A DNA stretch of 42,449 nucleotides from Eubacteriales bacterium (GTDB lineage Bacteria; Bacillota; Clostridia; Oscillospirales; CAG-272), in assembly GCA_048527645.1 (NCBI GenBank), contig DBGFNI010000116.1:1-42449 (forward strand), written 5' to 3'. The notes under the pieces are model-generated. The model was given only the letters and a program-made list of their open reading frames with translations. It did no database searches and was not told the DNA's origin. Each line of letters begins with the position of its first letter. Positions within the stretch are counted from its first letter, which is position 1. Position numbers and translations under genes: made by a program. Positions 9,301-17,290 of the stretch are shown here, piece by piece.

Positions 9301-10007
9301 TTCCCGGGATGGCGGCGGCATGGATGACCAATGAGATTCATGCGAAGTTCTACTTCACCGCAGACGGCGTGGAGTATGTCAGTCAGGAATATGTGACCAG
9401 CATCGAGAGCTACGCCGTGGCGCTGCTGGGCGTCTCAGGCGACGCAACGCTCAACACCCTGCTGGTGGATATGCTCAACTACGGTGCAACCGCACAGACC
9501 ACCTTTGACGTCAAGACAGACACCCTTGCAAATGCAAATCTGACCGAAGCACAGAAGGCGCTTGGCACGCAGCAGACGCCTGCGATGACGAACATCGCCG
9601 GAAGCGAGGGGACGGGGTTAAACATCACCAATTCCGTCGCGCTGAGCGATAACATCCGCCTGGCATTTATTCTCAAGAGCGCAGATGTTGCAAACGCGGG
9701 CATTGACATTGATCAGGTGGTGTGCAAGCTGACCCGCGCGGACTACGGCACGACCGTGGAGGTTTCCGATTACAGCGTGGTCAACGGCAACTACTACTTC
9801 TACTACGACGAACTGGCGACCGCACAGTTCGGCGTTGCAGTCACCTGTGCGGCATTCGTGGGTGACGAGCAGATTTCCGTCTCTAAGACGATGTCTGTTG
9901 AGTCCTACCTCGCGGTGATGACCTCCTACGGATCCGATATACCGAACTACGATCTGTACGTCAACATGATGAAGTACAGCAATGCAGCGAAGGCTTACTT
10001 CGGATAA
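6357..10007 (+). CDS. secreted multidomain GH25 muramidase (lysozyme) with Listeria-Bacteroides (Flg_new) repeats and an unknown C-terminal domain
   Basis: Signal peptide 'MKNYLQRVLPLLLAFSLSISLFVPAAALTA'. GH25 core 'YAWGIDVSKHQGTVNWTSVANSGVDFAIIRIGYG...IFMDIED...WQYTS'. Six repeats of the type 'YTVTFNGNGG...TRTGYTF(L/V)GWS...VYACW'. About 320 aa at the C-terminus have no motif I recognise. ATG 6357 is preferred over the ORF-track TTG at 6339. Confidence 0.85.
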   Translation: MKNYLQRVLPLLLAFSLSISLFVPAAALTADANEPAQALSDGVYMLLDPVTGMALYRTDSDTLGARSPDGSELFTVCSTDGGFLLSDQESGKALSDRATFTANGSVLSLTCSAGGKVSVASADGLALTRSGDRILFADTDDADSTLWQLLAVDTSFADAKQTDATGSEGQAELSGSSIYFPLARSAASSTVYAWGIDVSKHQGTVNWTSVANSGVDFAIIRIGYGSSNSASITIDSQFYTNLNGALNAGLDVGLYLYSYAINATSATSEANQVVSIIKNYPGKITYPIFMDIEDSVQASAGKTNNTAAIRAFVSTVKSAGYYCGYYSYLSFINNYFNKSQLTDIDLWIAAYGANDGLPHSSVLSGFTSNTYQMWQYTSRGASKVSGISSSGLDLNYAYVNYPSIIKSGGYNGFSNVPQDDGKSTYFTACPSYCTTITEGLNAIGVNSSYSYRAQIAAYNNFTNYTGTPEQNTTMLNMLKAGTLLRPVTSYTVTFNGNGGSVTASSKTMASGSSVNSDSGVSATRTGYTFVGWSAANDNTVDSSLTVTGNMTVYACWSIKSYTVTFNGNGGSSSTTSKALAYGVNVNSSGVTATRIGYTFLGWSAANDNTVDSSLTVTGALAVYACWSVNNYTVTFNGNGGTPSADSKTMSYLSVVNTDSGVSASRTGYTFLGWSAANDNTVDSSLKVTADMTVYACWSTNAYTVTFDGNGGTPSSATLSLEYGTDVLDAGVSATRTNYTFLGWSAANDGTADSSIPVTADMTVYAVWQAGTHTITYLSDGVSETQQAVIGFSITFPTRTKNGYAFGGWLCLADGILYLPGETFVPSGDVTFVAQWTEQRTQTVSLVNEGETTKQTVEKNSAFALPTLTRSGYAHDGWLCAQDGLFYAPGESVTVAQDLTFTALWTQSEAPAQPIETTVGFARNLQLLNCIDFNVIVKADQLPAGATDFRMEIAREIDGTVGDYAEAALNTANTTSTRLYYCVPGMAAAWMTNEIHAKFYFTADGVEYVSQEYVTSIESYAVALLGVSGDATLNTLLVDMLNYGATAQTTFDVKTDTLANANLTEAQKALGTQQTPAMTNIAGSEGTGLNITNSVALSDNIRLAFILKSADVANAGIDIDQVVCKLTRADYGTTVEVSDYSVVNGNYYFYYDELATAQFGVAVTCAAFVGDEQISVSKTMSVESYLAVMTSYGSDIPNYDLYVNMMKYSNAAKAYFG
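7824..9072 (+). repeat. in-frame tandem coding repeats: four ~210-213-nt units, then two diverged units
   Basis: Units start at 7824, 8037, 8247 and 8460 with the recurring nucleotide string 'ta(c/t)accgtcacctt(c/t)(a/g)acggcaacgg'. Two looser copies follow at about 8670-9072. Confidence 0.85.
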
Positions 10008-10084
10008 TTTCTCCGCCGCTCGGGCAACTTTCCGAACCTCCGAAACCGCAAGTCGCTGTTTTCTGCACCCACAATAACAAAAGC

Positions 10085-10120
10085 GGCTCCCGCGCGATAT
10101 TTGCGTGGGAGCCTTTTTGC
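10085..10120 (+). terminator. intrinsic terminator of the GH25 gene
   Basis: 10-bp stem ggctcccgcg / cgtgggagcc (10085-10094 with 10104-10113) followed by TTTTTGCTTTCTTTTTTT. Confidence 0.8.
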
Positions 10121-10195
10121 TTTCTTTTTTTCGCTGCCGCTCCCCCCCGACGCGCTGCAAGCGCATCAAGGCAGTGGGCAAATCACATGCGAACC

Positions 10196-10229
10196 CTCAA
10201 AAAGAATCCGCTCTCGTGAGAGCGGATTG
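10196..10229 (-). terminator. intrinsic terminator of the SPFH gene
   Basis: Stem aatccgctctc / gagagcggatt (10205-10215 with 10219-10229). On the minus strand it is followed by CTTTTTG. Confidence 0.8.
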
Positions 10230-10267
10230 CTTCAGGGATAAGCGCCTGCCGCAGCGCTGTTTTCTTT

Positions 10268-11176
10268 TTATTCCGCGCCCGCCGCGTCAGCCGCCTGCGA
10301 CGGAATCAGAATGGATGCGGCATCCTCTCCCGCGACAACACCGGGCAGTTCACCGTTCCATTTTTCTATGTATTTTTCCTGCAAAATTTTGTCGGTCAGG
10401 GATTTTTCCAGCAATGCGTTGGCCTGTGCCTGCGCCTCCGCCTCAATCAATTTCGCCTTGGCGTCTGCCTCTGCCTGCGCAACCTTGGTTTGATTTTCAT
10501 ATTCCGCCTTCAGCTGCTTCTGCTCGGCGATCATTTTTTCCTCCACCGCGAGTTCAAACGCGTCGGAAAAGTCGATGTTTGTCAGGACAACTGCGGTAAC
10601 GTTTACATAATACTCGTCCCCTACCGCGTCCTTAATCGCACTTTCCACCGCAGGAGACATCGACGCGCGATCTGCGATGATGTTCATTGCCTTGTGAGAA
10701 GAAAGCACTGCCTTTGTCTTTTCGGTCGCGATGGACTGAATGCGGTTCTGCAAAATTTCCAGTGAGCCGTACTGGTTTGCGATGTCAATCACATGATCCG
10801 CCATAATCTGATATTGCAGCGTCATCTGAATATCCATCGTCTGCGCATCACTGGAATAAGCCGAGGTCAAAATTTCCACATTTTGCACCTTGACATCATA
10901 TTTCTGATACGTATTGGTCAGCCAAAAATCAAAATGGGTGCCGGCAGTGCGAATATCCCGCGCGCGTCCCAAATGCTTCACCACAGCGACCTCACCGGTG
11001 TCCACCGTGCGAAAACTGAGCGGAACCAGAGCCAACGCAACCGCCATCACCACGGCAAAGATGCCGGCAACCATTCCCGCCCGCTTCTCCTTTTTCGCAA
11101 ATGCCTTGATTGCCAAATATAGTCCTGCGGCAAGCAGAATCGCGATCAACGCTGCAAGAATCATACTGATAGCCAT
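10268..11176 (-). CDS. SPFH/Band-7 (prohibitin-like) membrane protein
   Basis: N-terminal TM helices, then 'FRTVDTGEVAVVKHLG' (SPFH start) and an Ala/Glu/Lys/Gln-rich coiled coil 'QKQLKAEYENQTKVAQAEADAKAKLIEAEAQAQA'. SD AAGGAGA. Confidence 0.85.
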   Translation of the reverse strand: MAISMILAALIAILLAAGLYLAIKAFAKKEKRAGMVAGIFAVVMAVALALVPLSFRTVDTGEVAVVKHLGRARDIRTAGTHFDFWLTNTYQKYDVKVQNVEILTSAYSSDAQTMDIQMTLQYQIMADHVIDIANQYGSLEILQNRIQSIATEKTKAVLSSHKAMNIIADRASMSPAVESAIKDAVGDEYYVNVTAVVLTNIDFSDAFELAVEEKMIAEQKQLKAEYENQTKVAQAEADAKAKLIEAEAQAQANALLEKSLTDKILQEKYIEKWNGELPGVVAGEDAASILIPSQAADAAGAE

Positions 11177-11200
11177 AAAATTTGTCTCCTTACAGTTATT

Positions 11201-12259
11201 TTATTTCGTCAACAGTCGGATATCGGCATACGCGCCGACGCAGAAAACATCAAAATACAGTTCTTCCGCCGCAAGCCTGCTGCGCGTTTCGGCATCCGCC
11301 GCAAGGCGCTTTTTTTGCCTGTCAGCAGTAATATCCATAAATATTTTCAGATGGCTGACATCCGCCCAAGCCGGGTACATGGCGTAGGTTCCCTCAAAAA
11401 TCTGCAGCCGCTTCGGCATGACAAATGCGTTTTCATGCACACCGGTGTACGGATTTTTTCGCTCGTACATATAGGGAAGCCGCGCGTTTATCCGGGAGAC
11501 CACCTGACGGCGGAACCGCTCGGTGTCCAAATCTGCACACAGCGCCTGTCCGTAAATCCTGTCTAAAAATGTATCTGCCGGATTCAAACGAAAGTCGTCC
11601 ATGTGGAACACATTGCAGTCATAAAGCTGTCCCAACAGAGCCGCCAACGTGCTTTTGCCGGCTGCCGCGGGTCCGTCAATCGCGACGACCGGACGCCTTT
11701 TGTGGGTGGAGAGCAAGCGTTCCACCGCACAAATCGCCTCAAAATACTGAACAAAGCGTGCGGATACCAGCCGATAACACGGATGATACGCCTGACGGTA
11801 TGCTTGAGAATGATGGACCGGCTCATAGCCGTTTTTAACATAAAAATCAAGATACTGCGCCATCTGTTTGCCGCTAACCGCAAGCAACCCCTCGTCTGCG
11901 TACTGCTGCAGCTGCTTTAGCTTGCGTGCGAAGCGTTCGTCACGCCCCCGCCGCATCTCGCCGGTGCGGATAAACATCGCCGTCACCGTTGCCGGTGAAA
12001 CGCTCTCAAAGAGCTGCCGGGACAGATTCATCCGATACATTCTCCCGCCGACCGCTTCAAATAAAGGCGCCTGACATGCAGTCTGCGCGCCCAGCCGACG
12101 GATGTCCTGCTGCAGCAGAAGCAGCGCCTGCTGGCGGTCCCAAATCATGTGACCGCCGCCGAACTCACTGTGATATACCAGCTTGACATAATCCACAGGC
12201 TCCATTTGCGGATAGCGCCGGGTATGCTCCAGCAAAATATCTTTCATTGTGCTCTGCAT
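11201..12259 (-). CDS. two-domain protein: unknown N-terminal domain fused to a P-loop nucleoside/nucleotide kinase-like domain
   Basis: Walker A 'AIDGPAAAGKSTLA' at about residue 195, with uridine-kinase-like spacing ('FHMDDF'). The first ~190 aa carry 'YHSEFGGGH' but no family I can name. Confidence 0.6.
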   Translation of the reverse strand: MQSTMKDILLEHTRRYPQMEPVDYVKLVYHSEFGGGHMIWDRQQALLLLQQDIRRLGAQTACQAPLFEAVGGRMYRMNLSRQLFESVSPATVTAMFIRTGEMRRGRDERFARKLKQLQQYADEGLLAVSGKQMAQYLDFYVKNGYEPVHHSQAYRQAYHPCYRLVSARFVQYFEAICAVERLLSTHKRRPVVAIDGPAAAGKSTLAALLGQLYDCNVFHMDDFRLNPADTFLDRIYGQALCADLDTERFRRQVVSRINARLPYMYERKNPYTGVHENAFVMPKRLQIFEGTYAMYPAWADVSHLKIFMDITADRQKKRLAADAETRSRLAAEELYFDVFCVGAYADIRLLTK

Positions 12260-12278
12260 CCGTGCACCTCACAATCCA

Positions 12279-12986
12279 TTATAAAATATGACAGATTTCT
12301 TCCAGCGTATGCACCGTATAATCTGCCTGCCCGCGCAGCGCGCAATCCTCATCCGATTCTGTTTCCGCCTGCCGGCAAAACCAAATCGTCTGCATGCCCC
12401 ATGCATGCCCCCCGGCGACATCCGCCGTCAGAGAATCCCCGATCAAAATCATTTCCGACGGCTTCAAATCCGGCAAGTCCGTACAAAGAGCAGAAAAGCA
12501 GCTGTCGAAAAAAGCCTTTTGCGGTTTTTGTGCGCCGAGCTCCTCCGAAACAAAAATATGAGAAAAATATCGCAGCAAGCCCGCACGTTCAAGTCTCCCG
12601 GTCTGCTGGTGCATCGCCGCGTTGCTTGCCGCCGCCAGCAGATATTTCTTCCAGGATAAATGCTCCAGCAGGGCGTCCGCCCCCGGAATTTTCACATTGC
12701 TGCGGCAGAGATTCTCAAAAAAGATATGCTCAAACGCTTCGCCGTCGTATACAATCCCCAATGCCTCAAAGATAATCTGCCAGCGCACCCGGTGCAGCTC
12801 CGCCTTGGTCAGCGTTCCCTCTTCTATTTGTCTCCACAGCATATTGTTGATCTGCGTAAAGGTTTCAAATTTCTCTTCGGAATACAGCAAGCCGACCTGC
12901 GCAAAGCCCTGTTGCATTGCCTGCCGCGCGCACAGATGAAAATCCAGCAGCGTGTTGTCCAGATCAAGCAGAACTGCACGAATCAC
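12279..12986 (-). CDS. HAD-IA hydrolase, YjjG-like nucleotidase family
   Basis: Motif I 'LLDLDNTLLDF', motif III/IV 'LIGDSLTADVAGGHAWGMQTIWF'. GTG start after GGAGGTG. Overlaps the upstream MBL gene by 23 nt. Confidence 0.85.
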   Translation of the reverse strand: MIRAVLLDLDNTLLDFHLCARQAMQQGFAQVGLLYSEEKFETFTQINNMLWRQIEEGTLTKAELHRVRWQIIFEALGIVYDGEAFEHIFFENLCRSNVKIPGADALLEHLSWKKYLLAAASNAAMHQQTGRLERAGLLRYFSHIFVSEELGAQKPQKAFFDSCFSALCTDLPDLKPSEMILIGDSLTADVAGGHAWGMQTIWFCRQAETESDEDCALRGQADYTVHTLEEICHIL

Positions 12987-13821
12987 GCGCGATCACCTCC
13001 TGCAAATCATCCGCAAGCGCGGTAAAGGTATCCGGTTTTGCCACGCGGATCCGCTCGGACGCATCATCGATTCCCGCCAATTGCAGCGCGGAAAGCACGG
13101 TTTGACGGGCAAGCAACGGCGTGTTGTTATTTTCACTCAGATGCGCCAGTAAGATCCGCTCCGTTCCGTTTTGCAGCAGCTCCACCGCAAGCGCCGCCGC
13201 ATCATCATTGGACAGATGCCCGCGCCGGGATAAGATGCGCCGCTTCAAATGATACGGATAGGGGCCGAGCAACAGCATATTTTCATCATGGTTGGACTCC
13301 AGCACCACATATTTGGCGCCCAACAGATTCTGCCGCACGCTATCGGAAACATATCCCATATCCGTCGCAACCGCAACCGCCAGATTCCCCGCGCTAATGC
13401 GATAGCCGACGCTCTGCACACTGTCATGTGAGGTTGGAAAAGAAGACACCGTGACCCCTCCCACCCGCTCGGAAAACACCGACGGATGACAGACAATACG
13501 CTCCGCGTCGACGCCCGCGTTTTCTGCGCAGTAGGCATCGGCAGTAGACTGCGTCATATGTATCGGAACGCGGTGCTTTTTCATCAGCATCTTCAATCCG
13601 CGCACGTGGTCGGAGTGCTCGTGCGTAACAAAGACGCCGTCCAGATCATCGGGGGTTCTGCCCTGCTGCGCCAACGCCGCCGTCAGGGCACGGCAGCTGA
13701 TCCCGCAGTCAATCAAAACGGATGTGCCGCCGTATTCAATATATACCGCATTCCCCTTCGATCCGGAGCACAGCGTCCCCACCCGAAGGGGAAGCTGGCC
13801 TTCATCCATTGTATCCATCAC
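12964..13821 (-). CDS. MBL-fold metallo-hydrolase (YycJ/WalJ-like)
   Basis: 'VFVTHEHSDHVRGL' HxHxDH motif. 'GSKGNAVYIEYGGTSVLIDCG' N-terminus. 'HLSNDDAA' at the C-terminal part. Confidence 0.85.
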   Translation of the reverse strand: MMDTMDEGQLPLRVGTLCSGSKGNAVYIEYGGTSVLIDCGISCRALTAALAQQGRTPDDLDGVFVTHEHSDHVRGLKMLMKKHRVPIHMTQSTADAYCAENAGVDAERIVCHPSVFSERVGGVTVSSFPTSHDSVQSVGYRISAGNLAVAVATDMGYVSDSVRQNLLGAKYVVLESNHDENMLLLGPYPYHLKRRILSRRGHLSNDDAAALAVELLQNGTERILLAHLSENNNTPLLARQTVLSALQLAGIDDASERIRVAKPDTFTALADDLQEVIARDSCSSA

Positions 13822-13848
13822 CGTGTTCCCTTTTTTGGTAAAATAATC

Positions 13849-14400
13849 TTAATTTGCCGCGATTTTCACATGCGGGCGAACCAGAATCAGCAGCGGCACC
13901 GCGATTGTTGCCATCACAACCGCACTGATGGCGCCGGTGCCAAGACGGACAAAGAAATCGCCGAACACATATGCCCAGGAATAATAGCCGTACAGCTTGC
14001 TGTCTACAAAATTGACCGCCGTATTACCAAGGGTGGTAAGCAGTCCGCCGGCAATGCACGCACCGTACATAAAGTGGGGCTTGCGCTCCAGCGCAACCGC
14101 CTTTTTCCGGTAAAATGCTCCGGCGACCAAGCCGACCGTCAGCGCGTACAGCATAGGCGGAATCAGATACAGAACCGTCGTCGCCGTAAAGCCGTAGGAC
14201 AAAAGCTGGTTGAGCAGCTCACCGCACGCCGCGATAATGCATCCGTCCACCGCTGAAAACAGCGTGGCGCTAACCACAAGCGTCAAAAACTTGAAGCCAA
14301 TATGCACATTTCCCAGTTTCAGCGTAAAGAGGCTCAGCACAAAGTACAGAGCGATCATCACCGCATCCAGAACCAATCTTTCCAATCGTTGTTTTGTCAT
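13849..14400 (-). CDS. folT: ECF-transporter substrate-binding (S) component, folate family
   Basis: 183 aa with about 6 TM helices and S-component-like composition. It lies directly downstream of a THF riboswitch. The start is set at the ATG (14400) preceded by GGAGAGG. The 70 upstream codons in the ORF track are the riboswitch read as protein. Confidence 0.8.
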   Translation of the reverse strand: MTKQRLERLVLDAVMIALYFVLSLFTLKLGNVHIGFKFLTLVVSATLFSAVDGCIIAACGELLNQLLSYGFTATTVLYLIPPMLYALTVGLVAGAFYRKKAVALERKPHFMYGACIAGGLLTTLGNTAVNFVDSKLYGYYSWAYVFGDFFVRLGTGAISAVVMATIAVPLLILVRPHVKIAAN

Positions 14401-14520
14401 AAAAATATACCTCTCCAATATGATATTTTGACAATATTCGTTGCAGTCGTTGTCCTGCAAACAATATTGCCGGAGAGGCATATCGTTTATCATAGAACAG
14501 CGGGATGCGACGTTTGTACC

Positions 14521-14610
14521 GCAAGGAGACGGATGGTGTCCCGCGCCTTTTCGTTTCCGGATCAACTCCCCGTTCCCGGAACACTTAACGCACAAACATC
14601 TACTCTGCAT
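14521..14610 (-). promoter_or_regulatory. THF (tetrahydrofolate) riboswitch aptamer
   Basis: The minus-strand RNA reads 'GCAGAGUAGAUGUUUGUGCGUUAAGUGUUCCGGGAACGGGGAGUUGAUCCGGAAACGAAAAGGCGCGGGACACCAUCCGUCUCC'. It follows the recalled THF-riboswitch sequence block by block: GAGUAGAUG..GCGUUAAGUGU..GAA(U/C)GGG..CGAA..GCGCGG..CAUCCG.CUCC. Downstream, 'CCUCUCC' (14471-14480 region) can pair with the SD 'GGAGAGG' (14410-14416). Confidence 0.85.
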
Positions 14611-14628
14611 CTTTCAATTGTCTATTGT

Positions 14629-14657
14629 ATTTTATCATATTCTTGCGCAAAATTCAA
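14629..14657 (-). promoter_or_regulatory. sigma-A-type promoter for riboswitch-folT
   Basis: On the minus strand: TTGAAT (14657-14652), 17-nt spacer, TAAAAT (14634-14629). It sits about 20 nt upstream of the aptamer 5' end. Confidence 0.6.
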
Positions 14658-14695
14658 CCGTTTGATACAACTTTTGCAAATTCGGAAAAACCACC

Positions 14696-14726
14696 GAAAA
14701 GAAAGAGCCCGATTTCGGGCTCTTTC
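14696..14726 (-). terminator. intrinsic terminator of the SLH-GH5 gene
   Basis: Minus-strand RNA GAGCCCG-AAAU-CGGGCUC followed by UUUCUUUUCGG. Confidence 0.8.
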
Positions 14727-14741
14727 AATATTCTGTTCATT

Positions 14742-17135
14742 TTATTTATCGTAGGGCTTCCATTGCGGCAACGCACCCAGTTCATCAATAATAAGCTGAT
14801 CGTAGTATGCGTCGTTCTCTTCGTGCCAACGTGTGAACCAGCTGCCGTCCTCCAGACCCGCACGGGTGCGGAACCAGTGGTGCATATATTCGCCGTTGCA
14901 CGTGAATTGATCGTCCGTCCAGCCGGATTTTTGCTCATTCGTGATCTCGCCGTATGCAAAAATACAGCACTGACCGCCAGGGTTCATGGGATGCTTCGAA
15001 TCAAATTGCAGCCAGAAATAATTGTAGTTAACCTCATATGCATTGATGATGTTGTTCAGATAGTCTTCCCAATAATTGTGCATATACCATATGGTGTTTT
15101 CGACATTCGCCTCAATTCCCAAATATTCATATGCGCCACCCATAACCGGATAGAATCCGGCTTCGGTATTATACAGGCAAGCGCCTCTTTCCATCGCCTG
15201 AATCACGCGGGCATTGCATACCTTTTCCATGATTCCGTCACTCCACATATGCACGCTGTATGCAACATTGTTGTAATCGGTGATCGGCCAAAGAATGGAA
15301 ACCTCAGCATGCTGGCCGGCCTCAGGCGTGTTGGCGATCAAAATGGAATCGGGGTCATGTTGGCGGATAATATCAAACATTCTCTTATATACAGGAACCA
15401 GGATTTCATTCCAGGTATACTCATATCCCGCAAGCGTGGTGACATATCGGCCGGTGACATCCTTGAATCTCTTTTCTCCTGACTCAAACTGCGGATAATT
15501 CTTTCCGCCGGTCGGCTCGTTATACATCTCGAAAAGGATGTGATCCGTGTCTCCGAAGCGCTTCATGAGGTTTCCCCAAAATTCTGCCTCCTGATCCTCG
15601 TAAATGCGGGGGTCGGCTCTGACATAAGCGGGATCGGCATTTTCAGCTTTTTCCTGATCCAATGCCATCGACCCGTCTTCCAGATAGCCGTGCCAGTCAA
15701 CGCAAACATACAGCCCGACCTTTTCTGCATTTTCAATCAGATCGTACAAATCCCGGAAAATGGTTTCACGGTAATTCTCGTCGTTGCGTTCATACAGTTC
15801 AGTCAGCTCCAATTCTGCACGGATGGTATTGATGCCCCAGTCATCTCTGAGCCATTTCAACTCGCTGTAATCGCCGCAGAAGGTGGTTCCGTCGTCCAAA
15901 GTCATTGCAGCATCCTTCCAGGTTGTTACGAATACACACAGACCTGACACGACAAATTTTTCGCCCAGCTCATTGACAAAGTGGTTGTCTTCCACCGACA
16001 GCGCGCCGTTCAGCGCCAGGGGACTCTCATCCATCAGATCATACAGTCCCACATCGCTGTAATCACCGCTGAAGGTCACAGCCGTCGCACAAACCGCCGT
16101 TTCGGGCGTCTGATATTCGATCTCCGTCAACAGCGTTTCGCCGGTAACCTCGATGGTGGTATATGTGCGGTCTCTGCCCAGCACATCCACGCGTTCGCCG
16201 TCGCAGTAAAACACAACTGCATTGTTGTCTCGCCAAATGACATCATAGCTGTGCGCCTGCCCGTCAACGGTGAAGTGATCGGCAGCGTTGATGCGCTTGA
16301 GATTTTCTTCTTCTGTGTCTGGCGTTGACAAAATCACGGCGGATTCGTCTGTCAGAGTCGCGTTGAAATGAAGTCTGCCCGTGGTGAAGGACAACTCAGA
16401 AAGATCCTCGGTGTTCAGATTTTTCTTCAAGAATCCGACACAGCGCACTGCAGGTGCATCCTGCTCCTCCGGGCGAATCAGATCATAGATTCTGCGGTTG
16501 AGAGAAACCGCAGCGGCACGGTCTGTTTCTGCCTTGGGATTCAAGTAACCTCTGTCATCGCCCTTGAAAACGCCCAGGGCAGACAAAGCGGTGAAGGATT
16601 CCCGCGCATATTCCGATATGCTTGCCCGGTCAGGGAACATAACCGCACCCTCTGTGCCGATTTCACACTCCAGATATCCCGTCAAAAAACGGTACAGCAT
16701 GGTACTTGTCTGTTCTCTGGTAATCGACGTGTCCGGCGCAAAAATAATTTTCCCGTTTCGGATGCCGACGCCATCGGTAATGCCGTTCTCATATCCCCAC
16801 AGAGCAGCCGTGTATTGCCATGCAGCAGTCTTCACATCGTCAAAGGGATTGCCTGCATTTTCCGTCTTTACATCGCATCCGGCAAGGCGTGCCGCACGAT
16901 ATAAAAAGGTGATGAACATTCCTCGGGTCAATGTCGTGTCCGGCGCAAATTTTTCGTTGCTCACGCCGGTGGCGATATGGTTTTCATACGCCCAGAGAAT
17001 GTCATCCTTTGCCCAGGATCTCGTAATATCCTCAAACGGCAATTCAGACTCCTCGGAGGATGCGGCCATGGGGCCGACCGCCAGGCATGACAGCAGCATA
17101 ACGATTGCGAATAGTGCGCTTAAAAATCTTTTCAT
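14742..17135 (-). CDS. S-layer-homology (3x SLH) anchored glycoside hydrolase family 5 enzyme
   Basis: Signal peptide 'MKRFLSALFAIVMLLSCLAVGPMAA'. Three SLH repeats ('FEDITRSWAKDDILWAYENHIATGVSNEKFAPDTTLTRGMF', 'FDDVKTAAWQYTAALWGYENGITDG...', 'FPDRASISEYARESFTALSALGVFKGD...'). GH5 signatures 'NTIR', 'VDWH', acid/base 'FEMYNEP', 'SVHMW', nucleophile 'YNTEAG'. The start is taken at the internal ATG 17135. Confidence 0.85.
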   Translation of the reverse strand: MKRFLSALFAIVMLLSCLAVGPMAASSEESELPFEDITRSWAKDDILWAYENHIATGVSNEKFAPDTTLTRGMFITFLYRAARLAGCDVKTENAGNPFDDVKTAAWQYTAALWGYENGITDGVGIRNGKIIFAPDTSITREQTSTMLYRFLTGYLECEIGTEGAVMFPDRASISEYARESFTALSALGVFKGDDRGYLNPKAETDRAAAVSLNRRIYDLIRPEEQDAPAVRCVGFLKKNLNTEDLSELSFTTGRLHFNATLTDESAVILSTPDTEEENLKRINAADHFTVDGQAHSYDVIWRDNNAVVFYCDGERVDVLGRDRTYTTIEVTGETLLTEIEYQTPETAVCATAVTFSGDYSDVGLYDLMDESPLALNGALSVEDNHFVNELGEKFVVSGLCVFVTTWKDAAMTLDDGTTFCGDYSELKWLRDDWGINTIRAELELTELYERNDENYRETIFRDLYDLIENAEKVGLYVCVDWHGYLEDGSMALDQEKAENADPAYVRADPRIYEDQEAEFWGNLMKRFGDTDHILFEMYNEPTGGKNYPQFESGEKRFKDVTGRYVTTLAGYEYTWNEILVPVYKRMFDIIRQHDPDSILIANTPEAGQHAEVSILWPITDYNNVAYSVHMWSDGIMEKVCNARVIQAMERGACLYNTEAGFYPVMGGAYEYLGIEANVENTIWYMHNYWEDYLNNIINAYEVNYNYFWLQFDSKHPMNPGGQCCIFAYGEITNEQKSGWTDDQFTCNGEYMHHWFRTRAGLEDGSWFTRWHEENDAYYDQLIIDELGALPQWKPYDK

Positions 17136-17290
17136 AAATGTACCCTCATAATCATCACGGTAACCAACATTGTAGCACAGTGTGTCATTGGACACGCTGA
17201 TCCATCAAAATTTTAACAAAAAAAGGCAACCATTGTCAATCCCTTTCGGAAATAATTCATTGAATTTTTTAGTAATAAGATTTTGTGAAG

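Noticed and set aside
8082-9341. 419-aa ORF on the minus strand inside the GH25 gene
   Set aside because: It is antisense to the repeat region. Its own internal repetition simply mirrors the Flg_new repeats. Gly/Arg/Ala-rich.
10105-10599. 164-aa Pro/Arg-rich plus-strand ORF
   Set aside because: It starts inside the GH25 terminator region, crosses the SPFH terminator and is antisense to the SPFH gene. Compositional artefact.
14400-14611. N-terminal 70 codons of the ORF-track 253-aa ORF (13849-14610)
   Set aside because: This stretch is the THF riboswitch and its expression platform. The real folT start is the SD-preceded ATG at 14400.
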